64,000 bases of DNA, taken from the human T2T-CHM13v2.0 reference genome, Homo sapiens. Below are positions 28,356 through 42,541 of this stretch, one piece after another (position 1 is the stretch's first letter; each line of letters begins with the position of its first letter). The notes under the pieces were generated by a model. That model had not been told where the DNA came from and made no database searches. It saw only the letters and a list, made by a program, of their open reading frames with translations. Location of the stretch: assembly GCF_009914755.1 (NCBI RefSeq), contig NC_060948.1. One strand, given 5' to 3'. The position numbers and the translations under genes are program-made.

Positions 28356-31300
28356 AATTGATAGGAACGGAATGGAAAGGAATGCAATGATTTGGCATGG
28401 AATGGAATCGAATGGCATCGAATGGAATGGAATGGAATGCAATGGAATGGAACGTATTAGAATGTAATGAACTTTAATGGAATGTACTCGAATGGATTCG
28501 ACTGGAATGGAATGTTCTGGAAGTGAATGGACTCCAATGGAATGGATTCAAAAGGAATGGAATCGTACGGAATGGAATCTAATGGAATGGAATTAAATGG
28601 AAATGAATCAAATTGAATAGCATGGAATTGAATTGAATGGAATCGAATGCAATGGAATCTAATGAAACGGAAAGGAAAGGAATGGAATGGAATGGAATGG
28701 GCTGGAATGGAAAGGAATCGAAACGAATGGAACGGAATCGAACTGAAGAGACTGGAATGGAATGCACTGGAATGGAAGGGAGTGTAATGGAAGGTTCTCG
28801 AAAAAAATGGAATCGAATGGAATGGAATTGAATGGAACGGAATAGAGTCGAATGGAATTGAATGGAATGGAATGGACTAGAGTGAAATGGAATCGAACCA
28901 CAAGGAATGGACAGGAATAGAATGGTCTCGAATTGAATGGAATCGTATGGAATGGCATCAAACGGAATGGAATGGACAGCCACGGAATGGAATGCACTCG
29001 AATGCAATGGAGTCGAAACTAATGGACTGGAATAGAATGGACTCGACTGGTACGGACTCCAATGGAATGGAATCGAATGGAAGGGAATCGAACGGAATGG
29101 ACTCGAAGGGAAAAGACTGCAATGGAAAGGTCTCGAATGGAATGGAAATAAATGGAATGGAATGGAATCGAATGAAATGGAGTCAAAAGGAATGGAATCG
29201 AATGGCAAGAAATCGAATGTAATGGAATCGCAAGGAATTGATGTGAATGGAACGGAATGGAATGGAATCCAAAGGAATGGAATAGAATGGAATGGAATCG
29301 AATGGAAAGGACTCGAATGGAAATCACTCGAATAGAATGCAATTTAATAAAATAGGACCAAATGTAATGGAATGGAATGGAAAGGAATCGAAACGAAAGG
29401 AATGGAGACAGATGGAATGGAATGGAACAGAGAGCAATGGTATAGAATGGAATGGAATCATCAGGAATGGAATTGAATGGAATGGAATAATATGAAATGG
29501 AATGGAATGGAATGGAATGGAATGCCCTTGAATTAAATGGACTGGAATGGAATGGACTCGAACAGAGTGGAATGGAAAGTGTTGAGATAGAATGGAATGG
29601 ACTCGTTTGGAATGGTCTAGTAGGCAATGCAATCGACTGGCAGGGAATCAAAAGGAATGTAATCGAATGGATTGGACTGGAATGCAATGGACTCGAATAG
29701 ATTGCAAACGGAATGCAAAGGAATGGAATGGAATAGTATGGAATGGAATGGAAAGGAATGGAGTGGAATAGAGTAGAGTGGAATGGAATGGACTGGAAAG
29801 AAATGGACTGGAATGGAACTTTCTTGAATGGACTGGAATCAAACGGAATGGAATGCAATGCAATCAAATGGCATGGAATAAAATAGAATGAAAGAGAATC
29901 AAATGGAATTGAATCGAATGGAATCGAATGGATTGGAAAGGAATAGAATGGAATGGAATGGAATTGACTCAAATGGAATGGACTAGAATGGAATGGATTC
30001 GAATGGAAGGCAAAGGAATGGAATCTATTGGAATGGACTGTAATGGAATGGAATGGAAGGGATTGGAATGGACTCGAATGGAATGGACTGCAATAGAAAG
30101 GATTCGAATGGAATGAAAAAGAATTGAATGGAATAGAACAGAATGGAATCAAATCGAATGAAATGGAATGGAATAGAAAGGAATGGAATGAAATGGAATG
30201 GAAAGGATTCGAATGGAATGCAATCGAATGGAATGGAATCGAACGGAATGGAATAAAATGGAAGAAAACTGGCAAGAAATGGAATCGAAATGAATGGAGT
30301 GTTATGGAACGGACTCAAAAGGAATTGAATGTAATAGAATGGAGTGGAGTGGACTCGAATATAATGGACTGGAATGGAATGAAATCACATGGAATGGGAA
30401 CGAATGGAATGGAATGGAAAGGAATGGAATCGAATGGAAAGGAATCGAATGGAAGGGAATGAAATTGAATCAACAGGAATGGAAGGGAATAGAATAGACG
30501 GTAATGGAATGGACTCGAATTGAATGGACACGAATGCTCAAATTGAATGGACTCGAATGGAATGGAAACGAAAGGAATGTCATCGAATGGAATTGAATCG
30601 ATTGGAATGAAATCGCATAGAATGGAGTGGAATCAAATGGAATTGAATCGAAAGGAAAGGAAGCGAATGGACTGAAATGAAATGGAATGGAATTGAATGG
30701 AAAGTAATGCAATGGAATAGAATGGAACGAAATTTCACGGAATGGAATCAAACTGAATGGAATCAAATCAATGAAATCTAATCAAATGGAATGGAAAGGA
30801 ATTGAATGGAGTAGATTGGATTGGATGGGATTGGAATGAAATGTACTGCAAAGGACTCGAATTTCATGAAACGGAATGGAATGAATTGGAACGGAATGGA
30901 CTCGAATGGAATGGAATGTCATGGAATGGCATCAAATGGAATGGCATCAAATGGAATGGAATCGAATGCAATGGAATGCTATGGAATGGAATGGAATGCA
31001 TTGGAATGGAATGTCCTCTAATGGAATGGATTCGAGTGGAATGGCATCGAATATAATGGAGTCGAATGAAATGGAATTGAAAAGAATGGGATCGAATACA
31101 ATGGAATATACTGGAATGTAATGTAATGAACTCGAATGTAATTGACTGGAATGGAATGTACATGAATGGAATGTAATCGAATGGAAAGTAATCCAATGGA
31201 ATAGAATCTAATGCAATAAAATCGACTCAAATAGAGTAGAATGTAATGGAATGGAGTGCAGTGCAATGGAATGGAATGGAATGGAATGCAATGGAATGGA

Positions 31301-31924
31301 ATGGAATGGAATGGAATGGAATGTAATTTAATGGAATGGGATGGAATGGTATGGAATGGATAGTAATGGACTGGAGTGAAATGGACTGGAAAGGAATGGA
31401 CTCAAATTGAAAGGGCTCGAAAGGAATGGAGTCAAATGGAATGGTCTGGAATGGAATGAACACGAATGTAATGCAATCCAATAGAATGGAATCGAATGGC
31501 ATGGAATATAAAGAAATGGAATCGAAGAGAATGGAAACAAATGGAATGGAATTGAATGGAATGGAATTGAATGGAATGGGAAGGAATGGAGTGAAATTGT
31601 ATGCAGTAGAAGAGAATAGAATGGAATGCAAGCGAAAGGAAAGGAATGGATTGGAATGGAATGGAATTCATTGGAATGGAAGGGAATGTAGTGTAATGGA
31701 CAGGTCTGGAATAAAGTGGAATGCTACGGTCTCGAATGGAATAAAAATGTATGGAATGGAATGCAATGAAACGGAATCGAATGTCATAGAATGTAATGGA
31801 ATGCAAAAAAATGGAATCCAAAATCATTGACTGGAAAGGCTGGGTGTCGAAAGGAATTGACTCCAATGGAATGGAATCGAATGGAATGGAAGTGAATAGA
31901 ATCGAACTAAATCGAATGGAATGG
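28356..31924 (+). repeat. DYZ1 unit U9 (3569 bp), HaeIII site lost
   Basis: Anchors 28356 and 31925; CAGGTCT at 31701-31707. Confidence 0.9.
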
Positions 31925-34900
31925 AATTGATAGGAACGGAATGGAAAGGAATGCAATGATTTGGCATGGAATGGAATCGAATGGCATCGAATGGAATGGA
32001 ATGGAATGCAATGGAATGGAAAGTATTAGAATGTAATGAACTTTAATGGAATGTACTCGAATGGATTCGACTGGAATGGAATGTTCTGGAAGTGAATGGA
32101 CTCCAATGGAATGGATTCCAAAGGAATGGAATCGTACGGAATGGAATCTAATGGAATGGAATTAAATGGAAATGAATCAAATTGAATAGCACGGAATTGA
32201 ATTGAATGGAATGGAATGCAATGGAATCTAATGAAACGGAAAGGAAAGGAATGGAATGGAATGGAATGGGCTGGAATGGAAAGGAATCGAAACGAATGGA
32301 ATGGAATCGAACTGAAGAGACTGGAATGGAATGCACTGGAATGGAAGGGAGTGTAATGGAAGGTTCTCGAAAAAAATGGAATCGAATGGAATGGAATTGA
32401 ATGGAACGGAATAGAGTCGAATGGAATTGAATGGAATGGAATGGACTAGAGTGAAATGGAATCGAACCACAAGGGATGGACAGGAATACAATGGTCTCGA
32501 ATTGAATGGAATCGTATGGAATGGCATCAAACGGAATGGAATGGACAGCCACGGAATGGAATGCACTCGAATGCAATGGAGTCGAAACTAATGGACTGGA
32601 ATAGAATGGACTCGACTGGTACGGACTCCAATGGAATGGAATCGAATGGAAGGGAATCGAACGGAATGGACTCGAAGGGAAAAGACTGCAATGGAAAGGT
32701 CTCGAATGGAATGGAAATTAATGGAATGGAATGGAATCGAATGAAATGGAGTCAAAAGGAATGGAATCGAATGGCAAGAAATTGAATGTAATGGAATCGC
32801 CAGGAATTGATGTGAACGGAACGGAATGGAATGGAATCCAAATGAATGGAATAGAATGAAATGGAATCGAATGGAAAGGACTCGAATGGAAATCACTCGA
32901 ATAGAATGCAATTTAATAAAATAGGATCAAATGTAATGGAATGGAATGGAAAGGAATCGAAACGAAAGGAATGGAGACAGATGGAATGGAATGGAACAGA
33001 GAGCAATGGTATAGAATGGAATGGAATCATCTGGAATGGAATTGAATGGAATGGAATAATATGAAATGGAATGGAATGGAATGGAATGGAATGCCCTTGA
33101 ATTAAATGGACTGGAATGGAATGGACTCGAACAGAGTGGAATGGAAAGTGTTGAGATAGAATGGAATGGACTCCTTTGGAATGGTGTAGTATGCAATGCA
33201 ATCGACTGGCAGGGAATCAAAAGGAATGTAATGGAATGGACTGGACTGGAATGCAATGGACTCGAATAGATTGGAAACGGAATGCAAAGGAATGGAATGG
33301 AATAGTATGGAATGGAATGGAAAGGAATGGAGTGGAATAGACTAGAGTGGAATGGAATGGACTGGAAAGCAATGGACTGGAATGGAACTTTCTTGAATGG
33401 ACTGGAATCAAACGGAATGGAATGCAATGCAATCAAATGGCATGGAATAAAATAGAATGAAAGAGAATCAAATGGAATTGAATCGAATGGAATCGAATGG
33501 ATTGGAAAGGAATAGAATGGAATGGAATGGAATGGACTCAAATGGAATGGACTAGAATGGAATGGATTCGAATGGAAGGCAAAGGAATGGAATCTATTGG
33601 AATGGACTGTAATGGAATGGAATGGAAGGGATTGGAATGGACTCGAATGGAATGGACTGCAATAGAAAGGATTCGAATGGAATGAAAAAGAATTGAATGG
33701 AATAGAACAGAATGGAATCAAATCGAATGAAATGGAATGGAATAGAAAGGAATGGAATGAAATGGAATGGAAAGGATTCGAATGGAATGCAATCGAATGG
33801 AATGGAATCGAACGGAATGGAATAAAATGGAAGAAAACTGGCAAGAAATGGAATCGAAATGAATGGAGTGTTATGGAACGGACTCAAAAGGAATTGAATG
33901 TAATAGAATGGAGTGGAGTGGACTCGAATATAATGGACTGGAATGGAATGAAATCACATGGAATGGGAACGAATGGAATGGAATGGAAAGGAATGGAATC
34001 GAATGGAAAGGAATCGAATGGAAGGGAATGAAATTGAATCAACAGGAATGGAAGGGAATAGAATAGACGGTAATGGAATGGACTCGAATAGAATGGACAC
34101 GAATGCTCAAATTGAATGGACTCGAATGGAATGGAAACGAAAGGAATGTCATCGAATGGAATTGAATCGATTGGAATGAAATCGCATAGAATGGAGTGGA
34201 ATCAAATGGAATTGAATCGAAAGGAAAGGAAGCGAATGGACTGAAATGAAATGGAATGGAATTGAATGGAAAGTAATGCAATGGAATAGAATGGAACGAA
34301 ATTTCACGGAATGGAATCAAACTGAATGGAATCAAATCAATGGAATCAAATCAAATGGAATGGAAAGGAATTGAATGGAGTAGATTGGATTGGATGGGAT
34401 TTCAATGAAATGTACTGGAAAGGACTCGAATTTCATGAAACGGAATGGAATGAATTGGAACGGAATGGACTCGAATGGAATGGAATGTCATGGAATGGCA
34501 TCAAATGGAATGGCATCAAATGGAATGGAATCGAATGCAATGGAATGCTACGGAATGGAATGGAATGAATTGGAATGGAATGTCCTCTAATGGAATGGAT
34601 TCGAGTGGAATGGAATCGAATATAATGGAGTCGAATGAAATGGAATTGAAAGGAATGGGATCGAATACAATGGAATATACTGGAATGTAATGTAATGAAC
34701 TCGAATGTAATTGACTGGAATGGAATATACATGAATGGAATGTAATCGAATGGAAAGTAATCCAATGGAATAGAATCTAATGCAATAAAATCGACTCAGA
34801 TAGAGTAGAATGTAATGGAATGGAGTGCAGTGCAATGGAATGGAATGGAATGGAATGCAATTGAATGGAATGGAATGGAATGGAATGGAATGGAATGGGA

Positions 34901-35468
34901 TGGAATGGTATGGAATGGATAGTAATGGACTGGAGTGAAATGGACTGGAAAGGAATGGACTCAAATTGAAAGGGCTCGAAAGGAATGGAGTCAAATGGAG
35001 TGGTCTGTAATGGAATGAACACGAATGTAATGCAATCCAATAGAATGGAATCGAATGGCATGGAATATAAAGAAATGGAATCGGAGAGAATGGAATTGAA
35101 TGGAATGGAATTGAATGGAATGGGAACGAATGGAGTGAAATTGTATGCAGTAGAAGGGAATAGAATGGAATGCAAGCGAATGGAAAGGAATGGATTGGAA
35201 TGGAATGGAATTCATTGGAATGGAAGGGAATGCAGTGTAATGGACAGGCCTGGAATAAAGTGCAATGCTACGGTCTCGAATGGAATAAAAATGTATGGAA
35301 TGGAATGCAATGAAATGGAATCGAATGTCATAGAATGTAATGGAATGCAACAAAATGGAATCCAAAATCATTGACTGGAAAGGCTAGGTGTCCAAAGGAA
35401 TTGACTCCAATGGAATGGAATCGAATGGAATGGAAGTGAATAGAATCGAACTAAATCGAATGGAATGG
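31925..35468 (+). repeat. DYZ1 unit U10 (3544 bp)
   Basis: Anchors 31925 and 35469; private 15-bp deletion ~35092. Confidence 0.9.
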
Positions 35469-38400
35469 AATTGATAGGAACGGAATGGAAAGGAATGCAA
35501 TGATTTGGCTTGGAATGGAATCGAATGGCATCGAATGGAATGGAATGGAATGCAATGGAATGGAATGTATTAGAATGTAATGAACTTTAATGGAATGTAC
35601 TCGAATGGATTCGACTGGAATGGAATGTTCTGGAAGTGAATGGACTCCAATGGAATGGATTCAAAAGGAATGGAATCGTACGGAATGGAATCTAATGGAA
35701 TGGAATTAAATGGAAATGAATCAAATTGAATAGCACGGAATTGAATTGAATGGAATGGAATGCAATGGAATCTAATGAAACGGAAAGGAAAGGAATGGAA
35801 TGGAATGGAATGGGCTGGAATGGAAAGGAATCGAAACGAATGGAATGGAATCGAACTGAAGAGACTGGAATGGAATGCACTGGAATGGAAGGGAGTGTAA
35901 TGGAAGGTTCTCGAAAAAAATGGAATCGAATGGATTGGAATTGAATGGAACGGAATAGAGTCGAATGGAATTGAATGGAATGGAATGGACTAGAGTGAAA
36001 TGGAATCGAACCACAAGGAATGGACAGGAATAGAATGGTCTCGAATTGAATGGAATCGTATGGAATGGCATCAAACGGAATGGAATGGACAGCCACGGAA
36101 TGGAATGCACTCGAATGCAATGGAGTCGAAACTAATGGACTGGAATAGAATGGACTCGACTGGTACGGACTCCAATGGAATGGAATCGAATGGAAGGGAA
36201 TCGAACGGAATGGACTCGAAGGGAAAAGACTGCAATGGAAAGGTCTCGAATGGAATGGAAATTAATGGAATGGAATGGAATCGAATGAAATGGAGTCAAA
36301 AGGAATGGAATCGAATGGCAAGAAATCGAATGTAATGGAATCACAAGGAATTGATGTGAACGGAACGGAATGGAATGGAATCCAAATGAATGGAATAGAA
36401 TGGAATGGAATCGAATGGAAAGGACTCGAATGGAAATCACTCGAATAGAATGCAATTTAATAAAATAGGATCAAATGTAATGGAATGGAATGGAAAGGAA
36501 TCGAAACGAAAGGAATGGAGACAGATGGAATGGAATGGAACAGAGAGCAATGGTATAGAATGGAATGGAATCATCTGGAATGGAATTGAATGGAATGGAA
36601 TAATATGAAATGGAATGGAATGGAATGGAATGGAATGCCCTTGAATTAAATGGACTGGAATGGAATGGACTCGAACAGAGTGGAATGGAAAGTGTTGAGA
36701 TAGAATGGAATGGACTCCTTTGGAATGGTGTAGTATGCAATGCAATCGACTGGCAGGGAATCAAAAGGAATGTAATCGAATGGATTGGACTGGAATGCAA
36801 TGGACTCGAATAGATTGCAAACGGAATGCAAAGGAATGGAATGGAATAGTATGGAATGGAATGGAAAGGAATGGAGTGGAATAGACTAGAGTGGAATGGA
36901 ATGGACTGGAAAGAAATGGACTGGAATGGAACTTTCTTGAATGGACTGGAATCAAACGGAATGGAATGCAATGCAATCAAATGGCATGGAATAAAATAGA
37001 ATGAAAGAGAATCAAATGGAATTGAATCGAATGGAATCGAATGGATTGGAAAGGAATAGAATGGAATGGAATGGAATGGACTAGAATGGAATGGATTCGA
37101 ATGGAAGGCAAAGGAATGGAATCTATTGGAATGGACTGTAATGGAATGGAATGGAAGGGATTGGAATGGACTCGAATGGAATGGACTGCAATAGAAAGGA
37201 TTCGAATGGAATGAAAAAGAATTGAATGGAATAGAACAGAATGGAATCAAATCGAATGAAATGGAATGGAATAGAAAGGAATGGAATGAAATGGAATGGA
37301 AAGGATTCGAATGGAATGCAATCGAATGGAATGGAATCGAACGGAATGGAATAAAATGGAAGAAAACTGGCAAGAAATGGAATCGAAATGAATGGAGTGT
37401 TATGGAACGGACTCAAAAGGAATTGAATGTAATAGAATGGAGTGGAGTGGACTCGAATATAATGGACTGGAATGGAATGAAATCACATGGAATGGGAACG
37501 AATGGAATGGAATGGAAAGGAATGGAATCGAATGGAAAGGAATCGAATGGAAGGGAATGAAATTGAATCAACAGGAATGGAAGGGAATAGAATAGACGGT
37601 AATGGAATGGACTCGAATAGAATGGACACGAATGCTCAAATTGAATGGACTCGAATGGAATGGAAACGAAAGGAATGTCATCGAATGGAATTGAATCGAT
37701 TGGAATGAAATCGCATAGAATGGAGTGGAATCAAATGGAATTGAATCGAAAGGAAAGGAAGCGAATGGACTGAAATGAAATGGAATGGAATTGAATGGAA
37801 AGTAATGCAATGGAATAGAATGGAACGAAATTTCACGGAATAGAATCAAACTGAATGGAATCAAATCAATGGAATCTAATCAAATGGAATGGAAAGGAAT
37901 TGAATGGAGTAGATTGGATTGGATGGGATTGGAATGAAATGTACTGGAAAGGACTCGAATTTCATGAAACGGAATGGAATGAATTGGAACGGAATGGACT
38001 CGAATGGAATGGAATGTCATGGAATGGCATCAAATGGAATGCCATCAAATGGAATGGAATCGAATGCAATGGAATGCTATGGAATGGAATGGAATGCATT
38101 GGAATGGAATGTCCTCTAATGGAATGGATTCGAGTGGAATGGAATCGAATATAATGGAGTCGAATGAAATGGAATTGAAAGGAATGGGATCGAATAGAAT
38201 GGAATATACTGAAATGTAATGTAATGAACTCGAATGTAATTGACTGGAATGGAATGTACATGAATGGAATGTAATCGAATGGAAAGTAATCCAATGGAAT
38301 AGAATCTAATGCAATAAAACCGACTCAGATAGAGTAGAATGTAATGGAATGGAGTGCAGTGCAATGGAATGGAATGGAATGGAATGCAATGGAATGGAAT

Positions 38401-38997
38401 GGAATGGAATGGAATGGAATGGTGTGGAATGGATAGTAATGGACTGGAGTGAAATGGACTGGAAAGGAATGGACTCAAATTGAATGGGCTCGAAAGGAAT
38501 GGAGTCAAATGGAATGGTCTGGAATGGAATGAACACGAATGTAATGCAATCCAATAGAATGGAATCGAATGGCATGGAATATAAAGAAATGGAATCGAAG
38601 AGAATGGAAACAAATGGAATGGAATTGAGTGGAATGGAATTGAATGGAATGGGAACGAATGGAGTGAAATTGTATGCAGTAGAAGAGAATAGAATGGAAT
38701 GCAAGCGAAAGGAAAGGAATGGATTGGAATGGAATGCAATTCATTGGAATGGAAGGGAATGTAGTGTAATGGACAGGCCTGGAATAAAGTGGAATGCTAC
38801 GGTCTCGAATGGAATAAAAATGTATGGAATGGAATGCAATGAAACGGAATCGAATGTCATAGAATGTAATGGAATGCAAAAAAATGGAATCCAAAATCAT
38901 TGACTGGAAAGGCTGGGTGTCGAAAGGAATTGACTCCAATGGAATGGAATCGAATGGAATGGAAGTGAATAGAATCGAACTAAATCGAATGGAATGG
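35469..38997 (+). repeat. DYZ1 unit U11 (3529 bp), EcoRI site lost
   Basis: Anchors 35469 and 38998; CAATTC at 38737-38742; 15-bp deletion ~37075 as in U1. Confidence 0.9.
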
Positions 38998-41900
38998 AAT
39001 TGATAGGAACGGAATGGAAAGGAATGCAATGATTTGGCATGGAATGGAATCGAATGGCATCGAATGGAATGGAATGGAATGCAATGGAATGGAATGTATT
39101 AGAATGTAATGAACTTTAATGGAATGTACTCGAATGGATTCGACTGGAATGGAATGTTCTGGAAGTGAATGGACTCCAATGGAATGGATTCAAAAGGAAT
39201 GGAATCGTACGGAATGGAATCTAATGGAATGGAATTAAATGGAAATGAATCAAATTGAATAGCACGGAATTGAATTGAATGGAATGGAATGCAATGGAAT
39301 CTAATGAAACGGAAAGGAAAGGAATGGAATGGAATGGAATGGGCTGGAATGGAAAGGAATCGAAACGAATGGAATGGAATCGAACTGAAGAGACTGGAAT
39401 GGAATGCACTGGAATGGAAGGGAGTGTAATGGAAGGTTCTCGAAAAAAATGGAATGGAATGGAATGGAATTGAATGGAACGGAATAGAGTCGAATGGAAT
39501 TGAATGGAATGGAATGGACTAGAGTGAAATGGAATCGAACAACAAGGAATGGACAGGAATAGAATGGTCTCGAATTGAATGGAATCGTATGGAATGGCAT
39601 CAAACGGAATGGAATGGACAGCCACGGAATGGAATGCACTCGAATGCAATGGAGTCGAAACTAATGGACTGGAATAGAATGGACTCGACTGGTACGGACT
39701 CCAATGGAATGGAATCGAATGGAAGGGAATCGAACGGAATGGACTCGAAGGGAAAAGACTGCAATGGAAAGGTCTCGAATGGAATGGAAATTAATGGAAT
39801 GGAATGGAATCGAATGAAATGGAGTCAAAAGGAATGGAATCGAATGGCAAGAAATCGAATGTAATGGAATCGCAAGGAATTGATGTGAACGGAACGGAAT
39901 GGAATGGAATCCAAAGGAATGGAATAGAATGGAATGGAATCGAATGGAAAGGACTCGAATGGAAATCACTCGAATAGAATGCAATTTAATAAAATAGGAT
40001 CAAATGTAATGGAATGGAATGGAAAGGAATCGAAACGAAAGGAATGGAGACAGATGGAATGGAATGGAACAGAGAGCAATGGTATAGAATGGAATGGAAT
40101 CATCTGGAATGGAATTGAATGGAATGGAATAATATGAAATGGAATGGAATGGAATGGAATGGAATGCCCTTGAATTAAATGGACTGGAATGGAATGGACT
40201 CGAACAGAGTGGAATGGAAAGTGTTGAGATAGAATGGAATGGACTCCTTTGGAATGGTCTAGTATGCAATGCAATCGACTGGTAGGGAATCAAAAGGAAT
40301 GTAATCGAATGGATTGGACTGGAATGCAATGGACTCGAATAGATTGGAAACGGAATGCAAAGGAATGGAATGGAATAGTATGGAATGGAATGGAAAGGAA
40401 TGGAGTGGAATAGACTAGAGTGGAATGGAATGGACTGGAAAGCAATGGACTGGAATGGAACTTTATTGAATGGACTGGAATCAAACGGAATGGAATGCAA
40501 TGCAATCAAATGGCATGGAATAAAATAGAATGAAAGAGAATCAAATGGAATTGAATCGAATGGAATCGAATGGATTGGAAAGGAATAGAATGGAATGGAA
40601 TGGAATTGACTCAAATGGAATGGACTAGAATGGAATGGATTCGAATGGAAGGCAAAGGAATGGAATCTATTGGAATGGACTGTAATGGAATGGAATGGAA
40701 GGGATTGGAATGGACTCGAATGGAATGGACTGCAATAGAAAGGATTCGAATGGAATGAAAAAGAATTGAATGGAATAGAACAGAATGGAATCAAATCGAA
40801 TGAAATGGAATGGAATAGAAAGGAATGGAATGAAATGGAATGGAAAGGATTCGAATGGAATGCAATCGAATGGAATGGAATCGAACGGAATGGAATAAAA
40901 TGGAAGAAAACTGGCAAGAAATGGAATCGAAATGAATGGAGTGTTATGGAACGGACTCAAAAGGAATTGAATGTAATAGAATGGAGTGGAGTGGACTCGA
41001 ATATAATGGACTGGAATGGAATGAAATCACATGGAATGGGAACGAATGGAATGGAATGGAAAGGAATGGAATCGAATGGAAAGGAATCGAATGGAAGGGA
41101 ATGAAATTGAATCAACAGGAATGGAAGGGAATAGAATAGACGGTAATGGAATGGAATCGAATAGAATGGACACGAATGCTCAAATTGAATGGACTCGAAT
41201 GGAATGGAAACGAAAGGAATGTCATCGAATGGAATTGAATCGATTGGAATGAAATCGCATAGAATGGAGTGGAATCAAATGGAATTGAATCGAAAGGAAA
41301 GGAAGCGAATGGACTGAAATGAAATGGAATGGAATTGAATGGAAAGTAATGCAATGGAATAGAATGGAACGAAATTTCACGGAATGGAATCAAACTGAAT
41401 GGAATCAAATCAATGGAATCCAATCAAATGGAATGGAGTAGATTGGATTGGATGGGATTGGAATGAAATGTACTGGAAAGGACTCGAATTTCATGAAACG
41501 GAATGGAATGAATTGGAACGGAATGGACTCGAATGGAATGGAATGTCATAGAATGGCATCAAATGGAATGGCATCAAATGGAATGGAATCGAATGCAATG
41601 GAATGCTATGGAATGGAATGGAATGCATTGGAATGGAATGTCCTCTAATGGAATGGATTCGAGTGGAATGGAATCGAATATAATGGAGTCGAATGAAATG
41701 GAATTGAAAGGAATGGGATCGAATACAATGGAATATACTGGAATGTAATGTAATGAACTCGAATGTAATTGACTGGAATGGAATGTACATGAATGGAATG
41801 TAATCGAATGGAAAGTAATCCAATGGAATAGAATCTAATGCAATAAAATCGACTCAGATAGAGTAGAATGTAATGGAATGGAGTGCAGTGCAATGGAATG

Positions 41901-42541
41901 GAATGGAATGGAATGCAATGGAATGGAATGGAATGGAATGGAATGGAATGGAATGGGATGGAATGGTATGGAATGGATGGTAATGGACTGGAGTGAAATG
42001 GACTGGAAAGGAATGGACTCAAATTGAAAGGGCTGGAAAGGAATGGAGTCAAATGGAATGGTCTGGAATGGAATGAACACGAAAGTAATGCAATCCAATA
42101 GAATGGAATCGAATGGCATGGAATATAATGAAATGGAATCGAAGAGAATGGAAACAAATGGAATGGAATTGAATGGAATGGAATTGAATGGAATGGGAAC
42201 GAATGGAGTGAAATTGTATGCAGTAGAAGGGAATAGAATGGAATGCAAGCGAAAGGAAAGGAATGGATTGGAAAGGAATGGAATTCATTGGAATGGAAGG
42301 GAATGTAGTGTAATGGACAGGCCTGGAATAAAGTGGAATGCTACGGTCTCGAATGGAATAAAAATGTATGGAATGGAATGCAATGAAACGGAATCGAATG
42401 TCATAGAATGTAATGGAATGCAAAAAACTGGAATCCAAAATCATTGACTGGAAAGGCTGGGTGTCGAAAGGAATTGACTCCAATGGAATGGAATCGAATG
42501 GAATGGAAGTGAATAGAATCGAACTAAATCGAATGGAATGG
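38998..42541 (+). repeat. DYZ1 unit U12 (3544 bp)
   Basis: Anchors 38998 and 42542; 15-bp deletion ~41430. Confidence 0.9.

Noticed and set aside
29019-30275. Longest ORF, 418 aa on the minus strand (also 300-313 aa ORFs in other units)
   Set aside because: Arises from a single SNV (GGATCA>GGACCA at ~29358) removing a stop; low-complexity FHSIP translation, not conserved in sister units.
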